From Candidatus Micrarchaeota archaeon (lineage in GTDB: Archaea; Micrarchaeota; Micrarchaeia; Micrarchaeales; CABMGC01): 64,000 nucleotides of DNA. Both the position numbers and the translations under genes were made by a program. Where the stretch lies: the NCBI GenBank assembly GCA_023270055.1, contig JAGDYB010000019.1, positions 32,129 to 96,128 on the forward strand. The letters run 5' to 3'. The notes under the pieces are model-generated. The model saw only the letters and a list, made by a program, of their open reading frames with translations, did not search any database and was not told the origin of the DNA. This document shows positions 54,369 through 63,335 of the stretch, piece after piece. Numbering within the stretch: position 1 is the stretch's first letter; each line of letters begins with the position of its first letter.

Positions 54369-55844
54369 TTGGTTGACAACGCAAGGCTAGAAAAGCTGAA
54401 AGAGCTGAAAGAGCTCGGAATAAGCGCGTTTCCGTACACATATAGGCAGCAGAAGCATGCAAGCGAGATAGTGGCGAAATTCGATAAGCTTAACGGCAAG
54501 AAAGTGAGCGTTGCCGGGAGAGTAATGAGGCTTAGGCAGCTTGGTAAGCTGTATTTTATGGATCTTTTCGATTCAAGCGGGAAGATACAGATAATGGCAA
54601 GGCCAGAGTCCGTAAGCAGCGGGTCCGCAAAGCTTCTTGGACTGCTCGACGTGGGCGACATAATCGGCGTTTCCGGCGTGGTGACAAAAAGCAACAGCGG
54701 AGAGATAAGTGTTGATGCGGCAACGGTAACGCTTCTTGCAAAATCGCTCATGCAGCCGCCTGAAAAATTCCACGGTCTATCAGATGTCGAGCTGCGGTAC
54801 AGGAAAAGATACCTTGACATAATGTCAAACCAGGAGGCAAGAAGAATATTCGTCTACAGGGCGAAGATCATAGACTATATAAGAAATTTTCTCAACAAGC
54901 GCGGCTATTTGGAGGTTGAGACGCCCATTTTGCAGCCAGTCTATGGCGGCGCATTCGCCGAGCCGTTCATAACGCACCACAACTATCTTGATGTCGACAT
55001 GTACCTGAGAATATCAAACGAGCTATATCTCAAAAGACTGATAATAGGTGGCTACGAGAGGGTATACGAATTCTCAAAAGACTTCAGGAACGAGGCCGTT
55101 GACGCGAACCACAATCCAGAATTCACGCTTCTGGAATTCTACGAAGCATACAGCGACTACAACACGTTTATGAAGCTTACGGAAAAATTGCTTAGCGGCA
55201 TGGTGAAAAAGCTGTACGGAAGCTATGACCGCACGTACCAAGGCAAGACGATAAGCTTCAAGCCACCGTTCAAGCGCATATACCTTGTTGATGAGATAAA
55301 AAAGAAAAGCGGCATAGACATAGCCGAGCTAACCGATGATGCTGTGGAGGAGATTGCAAAAAAGGAAGGCATAGATCTGGCAATCAAAAACAGATACCAT
55401 CTCGCCGACGCCCTGTTCGACAAATACGTACAAAAAGACCTTTCCGATCCGACGTTCGTTTTGGACTATCCAACTTACATGTGCTCGCTTACCAAGGACA
55501 AGCGGGGAGACAGCAGGCTGAGCGAACGGTTTGAGCTTTTTGTTGCTGGAAAAGAGATCGCAAATTGCTACTCCGAGCTGACCGATCCAATACAACAGAG
55601 GGCAAAATTCGAAGAGGAAGATGCAGAAAGGAGAAAAGGCGATCCAGAAGCTCCGCCGATAGACTTCGATTTCATAGAGGCGATGGAATATGGCATGCCT
55701 CCTACGGCAGGCATCGGAATCGGCATAGACCGGCTCGTAATGTTGCTCGAGAACGTCGGCTCTATAAAAGAAGTCATATTGTTCCCAACGACAAAGCCGC
55801 AGGCTTCGGCACAGGCCAAAGGAAGTGCCGAGGCAGGCAAATGA
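54369..55844 (+). CDS. lysS: Lysyl-tRNA synthetase, class II
   Basis: OB anticodon-binding 'VSVAGRVMRLRQLGKLYFMDLFDSSGKIQI'. Motif 2 region 'FRNEAVDANHNPEFTLLEFYEAY'. 'ERFELFVAGKEIANCYSELTD'. Motif 3 'GIGIGIDRLVMLL'. TTG start directly after the dcd stop. Confidence 0.9.
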   Translation: MVDNARLEKLKELKELGISAFPYTYRQQKHASEIVAKFDKLNGKKVSVAGRVMRLRQLGKLYFMDLFDSSGKIQIMARPESVSSGSAKLLGLLDVGDIIGVSGVVTKSNSGEISVDAATVTLLAKSLMQPPEKFHGLSDVELRYRKRYLDIMSNQEARRIFVYRAKIIDYIRNFLNKRGYLEVETPILQPVYGGAFAEPFITHHNYLDVDMYLRISNELYLKRLIIGGYERVYEFSKDFRNEAVDANHNPEFTLLEFYEAYSDYNTFMKLTEKLLSGMVKKLYGSYDRTYQGKTISFKPPFKRIYLVDEIKKKSGIDIAELTDDAVEEIAKKEGIDLAIKNRYHLADALFDKYVQKDLSDPTFVLDYPTYMCSLTKDKRGDSRLSERFELFVAGKEIANCYSELTDPIQQRAKFEEEDAERRKGDPEAPPIDFDFIEAMEYGMPPTAGIGIGIDRLVMLLENVGSIKEVILFPTTKPQASAQAKGSAEAGK

Positions 55845-55952
55845 AGCAAAGCACACGCCATGCATAGCGAAAGGTATATATTTTTAGGTCTCAGATATTA
55901 CCAAGTGTTTATTTAAAACATTGCAACATATTTAAATGTCAAAAATCAATAG

Positions 55953-55965
55953 CTTTAAATATAAA
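55953..55965 (+). promoter_or_regulatory. TATA-box-like element upstream of tRNA-Ser
   Basis: 'CTTTAAATATAAA' lies 22-34 nt upstream of the tRNA 5' end. Confidence 0.45.
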
Positions 55966-55986
55966 TTTTTACAATATAAGTAGAGC

Positions 55987-56101
55987 GCCAGGGTGGCGGA
56001 AACTGGTAACGCGTACGCCTGGAGACCAAAGGCCTAAAAGCGTATGGCTCTCACGAGCCTTCTGGGTTCAAATGCTAACGCTGAATATCCCAGCCCTGGC
56101 G
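55987..56101 (+). tRNA. tRNA-Ser (GGA) with two introns: 14 nt at 37/38 and 15 nt in the T-loop (about 59/60)
   Basis: Hand fold: GCCAGGG TG GCG GAAACTGGTAA CGC G TACGC CTGGAG[ACCAAAGGCCTAAA]A GCGTA T GGCTC TCAC GAGCC TT CTGGG TTCAAA[TGCTAACGCTGAATA]T CCCAG CCCTGGC G. All stems are Watson-Crick. Confidence 0.8.
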
Positions 56102-56111
56102 TGGTGATGTA

Positions 56112-56657
56112 ATGGAAGCTGGAAACAAGAACGAAGCAAAGAAAGCGACGTCAAGCATAGTTAGAATAGCGGGCAGGGACATCAATGGCAGCTACAAGAT
56201 TCAAAAAGCTTTGAACCAGGTAAAAGGCATAGGCATCAATCTTGCCTCTTCAATAGCGCTTGTTGCTGAGAAGAAGTTCAACATAAAAAAAGAATCGAGC
56301 ATAGGCTCGCTTAGCGAGGATCAGATAAGCAAGCTCGAGGCTATGATAAAGAATCCTTCGGAGTATGGCATACCCTCTTACATGCTTAACAGGAGAAAGG
56401 ACAGCGAGACTGGAAAGGACATGCATCTCGTAGGCAGCGACCTGATAATAAAGGTCAAGCAGGTAATAGACGAGGACGTTAAGATGCAAACATGGCGCGG
56501 ATTCAGGCACCAGTATGGGCAGAAGGTCAGAGGGCAAAAGACAAGGTCCACTGGAAGAACCGGCGCCACTGTCGGCGTGATGAAGAAGACGGTGCAGGCG
56601 GCGCAGGCAGCCGCAAAGGCGGAAGGCGCTCAGGCAGCGAAGACGGAGAAAAAGTGA
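56112..56657 (+). CDS. rps13: Ribosomal protein S13 (uS13)
   Basis: 'VRIAGRDINGSYKIQKALNQVKGIGINLA', 'WRGFRHQYGQKVRGQKTRSTGR'. Confidence 0.9.
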   Translation: MEAGNKNEAKKATSSIVRIAGRDINGSYKIQKALNQVKGIGINLASSIALVAEKKFNIKKESSIGSLSEDQISKLEAMIKNPSEYGIPSYMLNRRKDSETGKDMHLVGSDLIIKVKQVIDEDVKMQTWRGFRHQYGQKVRGQKTRSTGRTGATVGVMKKTVQAAQAAAKAEGAQAAKTEKK

Positions 56658-56661
56658 TTGA

Positions 56662-57231
56662 ATGGGCTCGCCAAAAAGGATCAGGAAAAAATACGATAAG
56701 TCAAAGCTTGTGTGGGATACCGCACGCATAAACGAAGTGCATTCGCTCATGCGCAAGTATGGGCTCAAGAATGCGAGGGAGCTGCTGATCGCGGAGAACG
56801 AGCTTGACAGGATAAGAAAGAACGCCAGGGAAGTTCTTTCAGGCAGGGCGAGCGAGGAGATGGCCAAATCGCTAATACAAAGGCTTGCGAGATACAACAT
56901 AGTCAAGCCTGATGCTAGCATAGAAGATCTGCTCACGATAAATGTGGAGGCGTTGCTGGCAAGGAGACTGCAGTCGCTCATAGTGGAAAAAGGGCTTGCG
57001 AAAAGCATGCGACAGGCGCGCCAGCTTGTAACGCACGGGTTCATAGCGATAAATTCGGTAAAGGTTTCTTCGCCAGGATACATGGTGCAGGCCAGCGAGG
57101 AAAATGCAATATCATACTACAAACCCATAAATCTTGACGCTGGTGCTGCCGGCGCCACTGTCGGTGGGGGCGTTCCAGCAAGCGGCGTTGAAGCAGCAGA
57201 TGCTGAAGATGTAGAAAATTCAGAAGAGTAG
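56662..57231 (+). CDS. rps4: Ribosomal protein S4 (uS4) with Ala/Gly/acidic C-terminal tail
   Basis: '[16 protein letters not shown]'. S4 domain '[40 protein letters not shown]'. Confidence 0.9.
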   Translation: MGSPKRIRKKYDKSKLVWDTARINEVHSLMRKYGLKNARELLIAENELDRIRKNAREVLSGRASEEMAKSLIQRLARYNIVKPDASIEDLLTINVEALLARRLQSLIVEKGLAKSMRQARQLVTHGFIAINSVKVSSPGYMVQASEENAISYYKPINLDAGAAGATVGGGVPASGVEAADAEDVENSEE

Positions 57232-57238
57232 TGTTTTT

Positions 57239-57742
57239 ATGGCGAGTGTCAAAAAATCAAAAGAGCCTGAAAAAGAGAAGGAAAAGCAGCAAGTGAAGAA
57301 AGAGAAGATATCATATGAGGAAGAGGCTGCAGCTGCAGCGGAAAAGTTTAAACCGAAAGCAATAAGGTGGGGTGTCGCACACATATACGCGTCTAAAAAC
57401 GATACTATCATAACGCTTACTGATCTTTCCGGCGCCGAAACGCTTGCTGTAGGCAGCGGTGGCATGGTTGTCGATGCAGACCATGAAGAAGGAACGCCTT
57501 ATGCGGCGATGCAGGCAGCGTACAAGGTGGCAGCCAAGGCGCATGAGAAGAACATAACGAACATTAACATAAAAATAAGGGCACCCGGAGGGCACGGATC
57601 AAAGACCCCTGGACCTGGCGCTCAGGCAGTTGTCAGGGCGCTCGCGCGCAGTGGCTTCAAGATAGGAAGCATAGAAGATGTCACTCCTATACCTACAGAT
57701 ACAACCAGAAGGCCTGGAGGAAGAAGAGGAAGAAGGGTCTAA
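57239..57742 (+). CDS. rps11: Ribosomal protein S11 (uS11) with Lys/Glu-rich N-terminal extension
   Basis: '[19 protein letters not shown]', '[27 protein letters not shown]', C-terminal 'GGRRGRRV'. Confidence 0.9.
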   Translation: MASVKKSKEPEKEKEKQQVKKEKISYEEEAAAAAEKFKPKAIRWGVAHIYASKNDTIITLTDLSGAETLAVGSGGMVVDADHEEGTPYAAMQAAYKVAAKAHEKNITNINIKIRAPGGHGSKTPGPGAQAVVRALARSGFKIGSIEDVTPIPTDTTRRPGGRRGRRV

Positions 57743-60738
57743 GCTTTTACCTTCCCGTTGCCGTTCCCATTCTTTTTGTCTTTAACTTCAGCCACAGCCA
57801 CGCTTGTATTGGCTTCATCCAAGCGCATTGATCTCTGCAGGCGCTTGAACTGCTCCCACCTTTCATCCCTTTCCAGCAGCTTCAATGCTATGAGATCGTC
57901 CTGGAGTATAGGCTCAACGGTCGTCTTCACAATTCTGCCGGTGCCGCTGTCTATCTTGATATGCAAGTTCAAGTAGCCGTTGAGATTTTTTGCCATGCGC
58001 TCTGATATTGTCTCTAAATAAGCCTGATTGTCTGGATCCTGACCTGAAGGTATCTTTACCTCCCACCTCTCGCCCTGCGCGCTGATCTCAAACCGGTGGT
58101 AATGCCCGCTTATGACCAAATCAGCATCGCGCTCCTGCTTGTCCAGGAGGTCTTCTCCCTTTGATATGCTCCTGGCAAGCTTGTGCGTGAAAAATATCGG
58201 GGTAAGCTTGCCGTTTATAGAAATATACAACTCGCCAGCGCCGTACTCGCCCCCGGACACAATTTTTATGTGGTCCTTATACTCTTCGCTGACCTTGTCT
58301 TCGATGGCAGCAGCAATTCTTATTGCTTCGTCAAGTTTAAGCCCCTGGAACGTGTTGTTATAGTGGTTTCCTGCGACCACCACCACATACTTACCTTTGT
58401 TGACTAGCTCTGCAGAAACATCAATGAGCCCGCGCATGAGTTTGTCGCGCATCTGGTTATCTATATTGTATTCAGGCGTGCTGTAAAGGTATCTTTCAAG
58501 GTATTTTTCCTGTTCTGCAAGCACCTCACCTTCGCTCAAACCACTTTTTTTGAGCATTTCCGTGTATTCGTCGAACGTCTGCTTCGTGTAACGTATGTCC
58601 GGATCATATTTGAAGCTCTTGTGGTCCCCTTCTATCACATCGCCGCCTATGACAAATATATCAGGGTTTTCATTTCTTATGCGAGTTAGCATTGCGATTA
58701 TCACTTTATAGTTTGGTTTTCCGCCGATATGCAGATCCGACACCATAGACAGCTTTACATTGGCATATCCATTTAGTTCCACACTGCTATATGGTATCAG
58801 CGCAGATATCTTTTCAGGCGTCACTTGTGCTAATTCCCTTTCCCTTAGCTCAGAGGGCCGCCTGCTGCGTATTATCGCAGCTTCCAAGTTCGGCTTCTCC
58901 CCAACCCCTTCAGCGGTGCCTTCATCAGTTTTTTTGAACCTTGAAATATCAATATTTTTACCCTCCTCTATATCATCTGCAATCCTCTCCTTCGCCAGCT
59001 CCTTGTAATTAATGTTGTCTAAGCTCACTATTCCCTTCCCGTTTATTGTCATCATGCTTGCGCTGTAGTCCATTCGCCTCTGGAATCCTTCGGTGTAAGT
59101 ATCTTTTATTCCCTTGTTCCAGGCATTGTACGCAAGCTGCGGATCGATGAACGGGCCCTGGTTCCAGTACCACACCCTTGATTGCGTTTTCTCAAAGAGC
59201 ACCGGCTTAAACATGGTCAAAGCATTATGGCCTGATATTACTATATTCGGCTCGAAGTTTATGGCTTCATAAAGCCGGTATATAACCTTTTGTGCTTCGT
59301 CAACGCTGCTTTTTTTGAACATGTAAGACGTGTTTGTGAGGGAATGGGCAATGAGCACATTATACCCCTTGTTGCTATTTCCCTCCACGCTCTTCGTGAA
59401 CTTTGCAAGCGGATCTACCTCCTTCTTTGCTATTGTAAAACTCCTGTATTTTGCGTTTCCATCCCCTCCGTCGCTTGCTTCTATCTTCGACACCCGCACC
59501 GGAGTTATATTCTCGTCTAGAATCACTATCTCGCGCTTCCTTCCAAAAGCATCCTTGATATGGCCTTTGTATATCTCAACAGCAAGGTTCTCTATGCCCT
59601 TCGCCATGTCTGCCTCTATATACACCTGACCTGTGAATCTGTATGCCTGCCTGAATCTTCTCTCCCTTGCCATGCGCTCCTCGCCGCCAATCATCTCATC
59701 CAGGCGCTTGTGCAAGGCGCGAAGCCCGTTGGCAAGTTTTCTCCTTTCCTGATCTGATGCTGCATTCTTCAATTTTCTTTCCGTGTATTTGATCTCGTTA
59801 GTTATGTCAAGCTCCTCAAGTCTTTTCTCCAAAGCCTTAAGCCGCTTGGTGAGAAGCTCCTTGTCTCCGCTGTCATGGTTTTTGCCGGTGCCATTTATCC
59901 TATGCAGCGCCTTAGTTGTCTCCTTTATCGCCCTCTTTATAAATTTCTCGTTGCTGGTATAATCAAGCGAATTTATGAAGACGTTTTCCAGCATTACATA
60001 CTGCTTGTTCAGATCGTCAATCTCGCTTTTTGTCATGTAAGTTTTCCTTTCTATATTCTCAAGTTTTTTGTTTATTGTCGCAGCCTTGTTTCCGTTGCCG
60101 TTTGACTCAAGCCCATTTGTCTTCAGTTCCTCGAGCTTTTTCTCGTATTCCGCTTTTGACTTGTCCATCCCCCATATTATTGTCTTCTTGGCTTTTATCT
60201 CGGATGTAACCCTTGTTATCCTTTCGAGCAGCTTGTCCTGCTGCGCCTTGAAATCGTACACAAGTATGTCAGAAAGTTCTTCTATGTTCTGCCTGTCTTC
60301 CTCATTTAGAACGTAGATCACTGCCGTGCTGTTTGGAAGGCGATTTAGCAGTCTTTCGATGCTCGGTTTCACAACCGCTGCAGCATCGTTCAGTTCGTTT
60401 ACTCCATTCTGAAGCGCATTGAGCTTATCCTTTTTCTTCCTTATCTTTGGAGGTATGTATGGCAGTGCGCCCCCGTTCACTATGAAAAGATCCGGCATTT
60501 CTTCGGCGCGTAAGCCTTTAAGCAAGTGTGCAAGGCCTATCATGTTGTTCTTGCCTTCATAAACCTTGCCTCCTCCTATATCCGCAACCTGCAATATCCT
60601 GAGCCCTTCAAGCTCGCTCGGCTTCCGGATAAGGCCCAGTTCAATTATCTTATTCGAGAAACCGTCAAAAAAAGCATCTTCATTTACATTAACCTGGTCG
60701 TCATGCAAATTTTCCCCCATTTCACTCCCCAATTGCAT
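57739..60738 (-). CDS. Large uncharacterised protein: degenerate N-terminal plus intact C-terminal calcineurin-like phosphoesterase domains, with a long coiled-coil insertion
   Basis: The C-terminal domain has all five motifs: 'SDLHIGG', 'GGDVIEGDH', 'AGNHYNN', 'FTHK', 'SGHYHRFE'. The N-terminal region has the same order but degenerate: 'VADIGGG', 'VNGGALP', 'LNEEDR', 'IAHSL', 'SGHNAL'. Residues about 150-400 are K/E/L-rich and heptad-like. A TATA-like 'TTTTAAATA' at 60752-60761 favours a start at Met7 (60720). Confidence 0.6.
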   Translation of the reverse strand: MQLGSEMGENLHDDQVNVNEDAFFDGFSNKIIELGLIRKPSELEGLRILQVADIGGGKVYEGKNNMIGLAHLLKGLRAEEMPDLFIVNGGALPYIPPKIRKKKDKLNALQNGVNELNDAAAVVKPSIERLLNRLPNSTAVIYVLNEEDRQNIEELSDILVYDFKAQQDKLLERITRVTSEIKAKKTIIWGMDKSKAEYEKKLEELKTNGLESNGNGNKAATINKKLENIERKTYMTKSEIDDLNKQYVMLENVFINSLDYTSNEKFIKRAIKETTKALHRINGTGKNHDSGDKELLTKRLKALEKRLEELDITNEIKYTERKLKNAASDQERRKLANGLRALHKRLDEMIGGEERMARERRFRQAYRFTGQVYIEADMAKGIENLAVEIYKGHIKDAFGRKREIVILDENITPVRVSKIEASDGGDGNAKYRSFTIAKKEVDPLAKFTKSVEGNSNKGYNVLIAHSLTNTSYMFKKSSVDEAQKVIYRLYEAINFEPNIVISGHNALTMFKPVLFEKTQSRVWYWNQGPFIDPQLAYNAWNKGIKDTYTEGFQRRMDYSASMMTINGKGIVSLDNINYKELAKERIADDIEEGKNIDISRFKKTDEGTAEGVGEKPNLEAAIIRSRRPSELRERELAQVTPEKISALIPYSSVELNGYANVKLSMVSDLHIGGKPNYKVIIAMLTRIRNENPDIFVIGGDVIEGDHKSFKYDPDIRYTKQTFDEYTEMLKKSGLSEGEVLAEQEKYLERYLYSTPEYNIDNQMRDKLMRGLIDVSAELVNKGKYVVVVAGNHYNNTFQGLKLDEAIRIAAAIEDKVSEEYKDHIKIVSGGEYGAGELYISINGKLTPIFFTHKLARSISKGEDLLDKQERDADLVISGHYHRFEISAQGERWEVKIPSGQDPDNQAYLETISERMAKNLNGYLNLHIKIDSGTGRIVKTTVEPILQDDLIALKLLERDERWEQFKRLQRSMRLDEANTSVAVAEVKDKKNGNGNGKVKA

Positions 60739-60845
60739 ATATCGGCGAAACTATTTAAAACTTCCACAATTCCACTATTATTGATATATTTTTTTGTTTA
60801 TGGCTGTAATAAAATTGGCAAAGCAATGCAAAGCAGCGCATAATT

Positions 60846-61418
60846 TCATCGCGCGACGATTAGGAATAGCGCAATTAGCGCAACAGGAACGAGCAAGTTG
60901 TCATCGATTTTTATATCAAGGCTCTCCACAAACGTTGCCAGCAGCGAGAATACGATTGCAACAACACCAACCGCAAAATAGCCAAAGGCAAGCATGCTTG
61001 TAAAGTAGAATGCTGAGCCGACTATTGTCTTCCTTCTGCTATACGGCAGCAACGGCCCTTTTAGCGTAATACCAGATATTGTTGCAAGCGAATCGCTTAT
61101 CATAGTTGCAAACAGGAGCATGAGCAGGTAAGGTTCTGAATGGACAAAAAGCAGGTAGAGCAGCACTCCTATGCCGAGCCATATGGCCCCGCTGCCAAAC
61201 CCCCTGTTTTTCCTCTCAAGCCTGTACAGAAACCGCAGTGGTCCCGCACTTTTCGAGTTTCGTGCTATCGCAACAGTCATGAAGCCCAACAGCACAAGCA
61301 CCGCTATTGCCAGGCTGCCGAGCTCAAGCCCGAGCCAAGCTAAAACCGTAATTACCACTATGCCGGCAAGTATCTGAAAAATATCCCTTTCTATTTCAAT
61401 CCTTTCATGCTCGAGCAT
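60846..61418 (-). CDS. Polyprenol/dolichol kinase-like membrane protein (CTP-transferase-1 superfamily)
   Basis: 190 aa, about 6 TM helices. 'ISDSLATISGITLKGPLLPYSRRKTIVGSAFYF' resembles the D-x-x-A...K-[ST]-x-x-G-[ST] motif of dolichol/phytol kinases. Confidence 0.5.
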   Translation of the reverse strand: MLEHERIEIERDIFQILAGIVVITVLAWLGLELGSLAIAVLVLLGFMTVAIARNSKSAGPLRFLYRLERKNRGFGSGAIWLGIGVLLYLLFVHSEPYLLMLLFATMISDSLATISGITLKGPLLPYSRRKTIVGSAFYFTSMLAFGYFAVGVVAIVFSLLATFVESLDIKIDDNLLVPVALIALFLIVAR

Positions 61419-61470
61419 AACGATCCCGCAGCAACTCGTTCCGCAGCAAAGTCCAGCTAAACCTATTCAG

Positions 61471-63324
61471 CTAAATATAATATATAATCCAAGCCGATAT
61501 GATCAAACCCGCGGTCACAATTATAGGCGTGCCGATTTTCACCATCCTTAATACGTATTTGCTCGCTTTCGTAAGTTTCTCCTCAGCATTGCCGCCCCAC
61601 ACCCTAAAGTTCCTTATATTTATAATGCCGAAATGCGAGTCAACCTCTTCAATGTTTCCAAGGGCGGTCTCTATCATGCCGTCCACAACCGGAAGCAAAG
61701 TTTCCGCTCTTGTACTCCTGCCCAAGACATTGCTTGCAGGCAAAGACAGGCCGTTCACCCCGTGCGTATCTGTTGTATAAACCTCTGCATCAATCCCAAA
61801 TTTTTCCCTTACATGTACTATTATTTTTTCTCTGAGGCTGGGCAGCATGTTGTTCGCATCAAAATATATCATTGCGAACTTTTTATTTTTGGAGAAGTCA
61901 AAAACGCATACGCTCGCAAAGCCTTTACCAATATCTTTTCTCGCTCCAAGAACGCTGTGCAGGCGTACTTGTGCAACGCCGCATCTTACGGTGCCACTTG
62001 TATAACCATTACAGCTCTCCTCTATAGCCTTTTCATACTTTTCCACATACTTGCTGCCTGGATATATACCTTTTAGTTCATCGCTGCTCGACGTTTCAAA
62101 TCTTGAATTGTGCGCATCAATCAGCATAACGCCTTTAGAAAAGCGCGAAGCCAAGGTTTCGAGTTTTTTGCCAACCTCTTCATCAATATCTTCGGTTACT
62201 GTAGGCGCTTTTGTAAGGCTTATCATTGAGACGCCATTTATATTAACGTTTATGGCCTTGCACGGCTTCTCATAACCTTCGCCAAGAAAACCGTTTGAAT
62301 GCTTGAAGGCATTTGCGTCAAGTAAGTCTATGTATTTGTCTACCTCCTTTATCATGGCATTGACCTCCGCACTGCTTATCGGGTTGCTTTTCGCAGTTAC
62401 TGTTCCATGCAGAGTGAATGGCACGGCATTGTACTTGCCGTATATATGCTGGCCCATTCTTTCAGTGAAAACGCTTCCGCCTACGCCAGCGAAAGGTCCA
62501 TAGTGTATGGCAGGCTCGACAAAAATCGCTTTATATCCCTTCTTGCGCCTGAGAGCGAGTATCTTCACGGGTATATCCTTTGCTTCTCCCATGTTCGAAC
62601 TGAAAGTCTCCTCGAAAGTACCTGTGTTGTATAACCACTGGTTCACCATTATCGAAAATGCCTTTATGCCGCTCGTGTTGAGCGCCTTTTTCATGGGCTT
62701 GTCTATGATATACATGAACAGAACCGCAATCACTAGCGAGCCTATCATGCCGCCAAGCAGCTTTATTATTGCTATGTCAAGTGGCATGTTCAAGCTCAAT
62801 ACATACTTGCCAAGCGGCACGTAGAAAAACACATTTAACAAGGGCTGCAGGGCTGACACGACCCACGCTCTCTTCTTGTTTGCAGTAAAAACCATCTTGT
62901 TTATTATTATCCAAAAAGTGTACACGCTGGCGTTTCCAAGCAGCATAATTAGGTATGCTGGCAGCGCATTCTTTGAAATATAGAATAGCAACGCATTCAA
63001 AACTATGAATATCGAGTAGATAAGGCTGCTTATTATGGTTGCAAAAAACAGGTGCTTGAGCATTGCCCTCCTTGTCACGCCCTTCATCAGCATTATAGTG
63101 AGCAGTGCTGGCAACGTTATCACAAGCAATCCGGCGCTCGCCCCGCTAATCAGAAGAGAAAAAAGCGTTTGCGGTGAGACCAGCGCAGCATGCGTGAACA
63201 GCACTGCTATCGCGCCTACCACAGCGCCCAAAACTAAAAGCAAGACAAGCTGCTCCCACGCTTCGGGCACCTTTTTTGTGAAGTACCTGCTATAACCTAA
63301 AAGGTCTCTTCTTGAGTCAGGCAT
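61471..63324 (-). CDS. DUF2070-like archaeal membrane protein (N-terminal multi-TM plus large soluble domain plus C-terminal TM)
   Basis: 617 aa: about 7 N-terminal TM helices, a roughly 370-aa hydrophilic domain ('HYGPFAGVGGS', 'IDAHNS', 'TTDTHGVNG'), and a terminal TM. The family assignment is from memory of the architecture only. Confidence 0.5.
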   Translation of the reverse strand: MPDSRRDLLGYSRYFTKKVPEAWEQLVLLLVLGAVVGAIAVLFTHAALVSPQTLFSLLISGASAGLLVITLPALLTIMLMKGVTRRAMLKHLFFATIISSLIYSIFIVLNALLFYISKNALPAYLIMLLGNASVYTFWIIINKMVFTANKKRAWVVSALQPLLNVFFYVPLGKYVLSLNMPLDIAIIKLLGGMIGSLVIAVLFMYIIDKPMKKALNTSGIKAFSIMVNQWLYNTGTFEETFSSNMGEAKDIPVKILALRRKKGYKAIFVEPAIHYGPFAGVGGSVFTERMGQHIYGKYNAVPFTLHGTVTAKSNPISSAEVNAMIKEVDKYIDLLDANAFKHSNGFLGEGYEKPCKAINVNINGVSMISLTKAPTVTEDIDEEVGKKLETLASRFSKGVMLIDAHNSRFETSSSDELKGIYPGSKYVEKYEKAIEESCNGYTSGTVRCGVAQVRLHSVLGARKDIGKGFASVCVFDFSKNKKFAMIYFDANNMLPSLREKIIVHVREKFGIDAEVYTTDTHGVNGLSLPASNVLGRSTRAETLLPVVDGMIETALGNIEEVDSHFGIINIRNFRVWGGNAEEKLTKASKYVLRMVKIGTPIIVTAGLIISAWIIYYI

Positions 63325-63335
63325 AAAAACACATG

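Noticed and set aside
56250-57083. 277-aa minus-strand ORF.
   Set aside because: It lies entirely antisense to rps13 and rps4, which have unmistakable ribosomal-protein signatures. It is a shadow ORF.
57750-60110. Recurrent 'AACGGCAACGG'-type DNA near both ends of the 999-aa gene.
   Set aside because: It encodes short Asn-Gly low-complexity runs ('NGNGN'). It is not a structured DNA repeat or an array.
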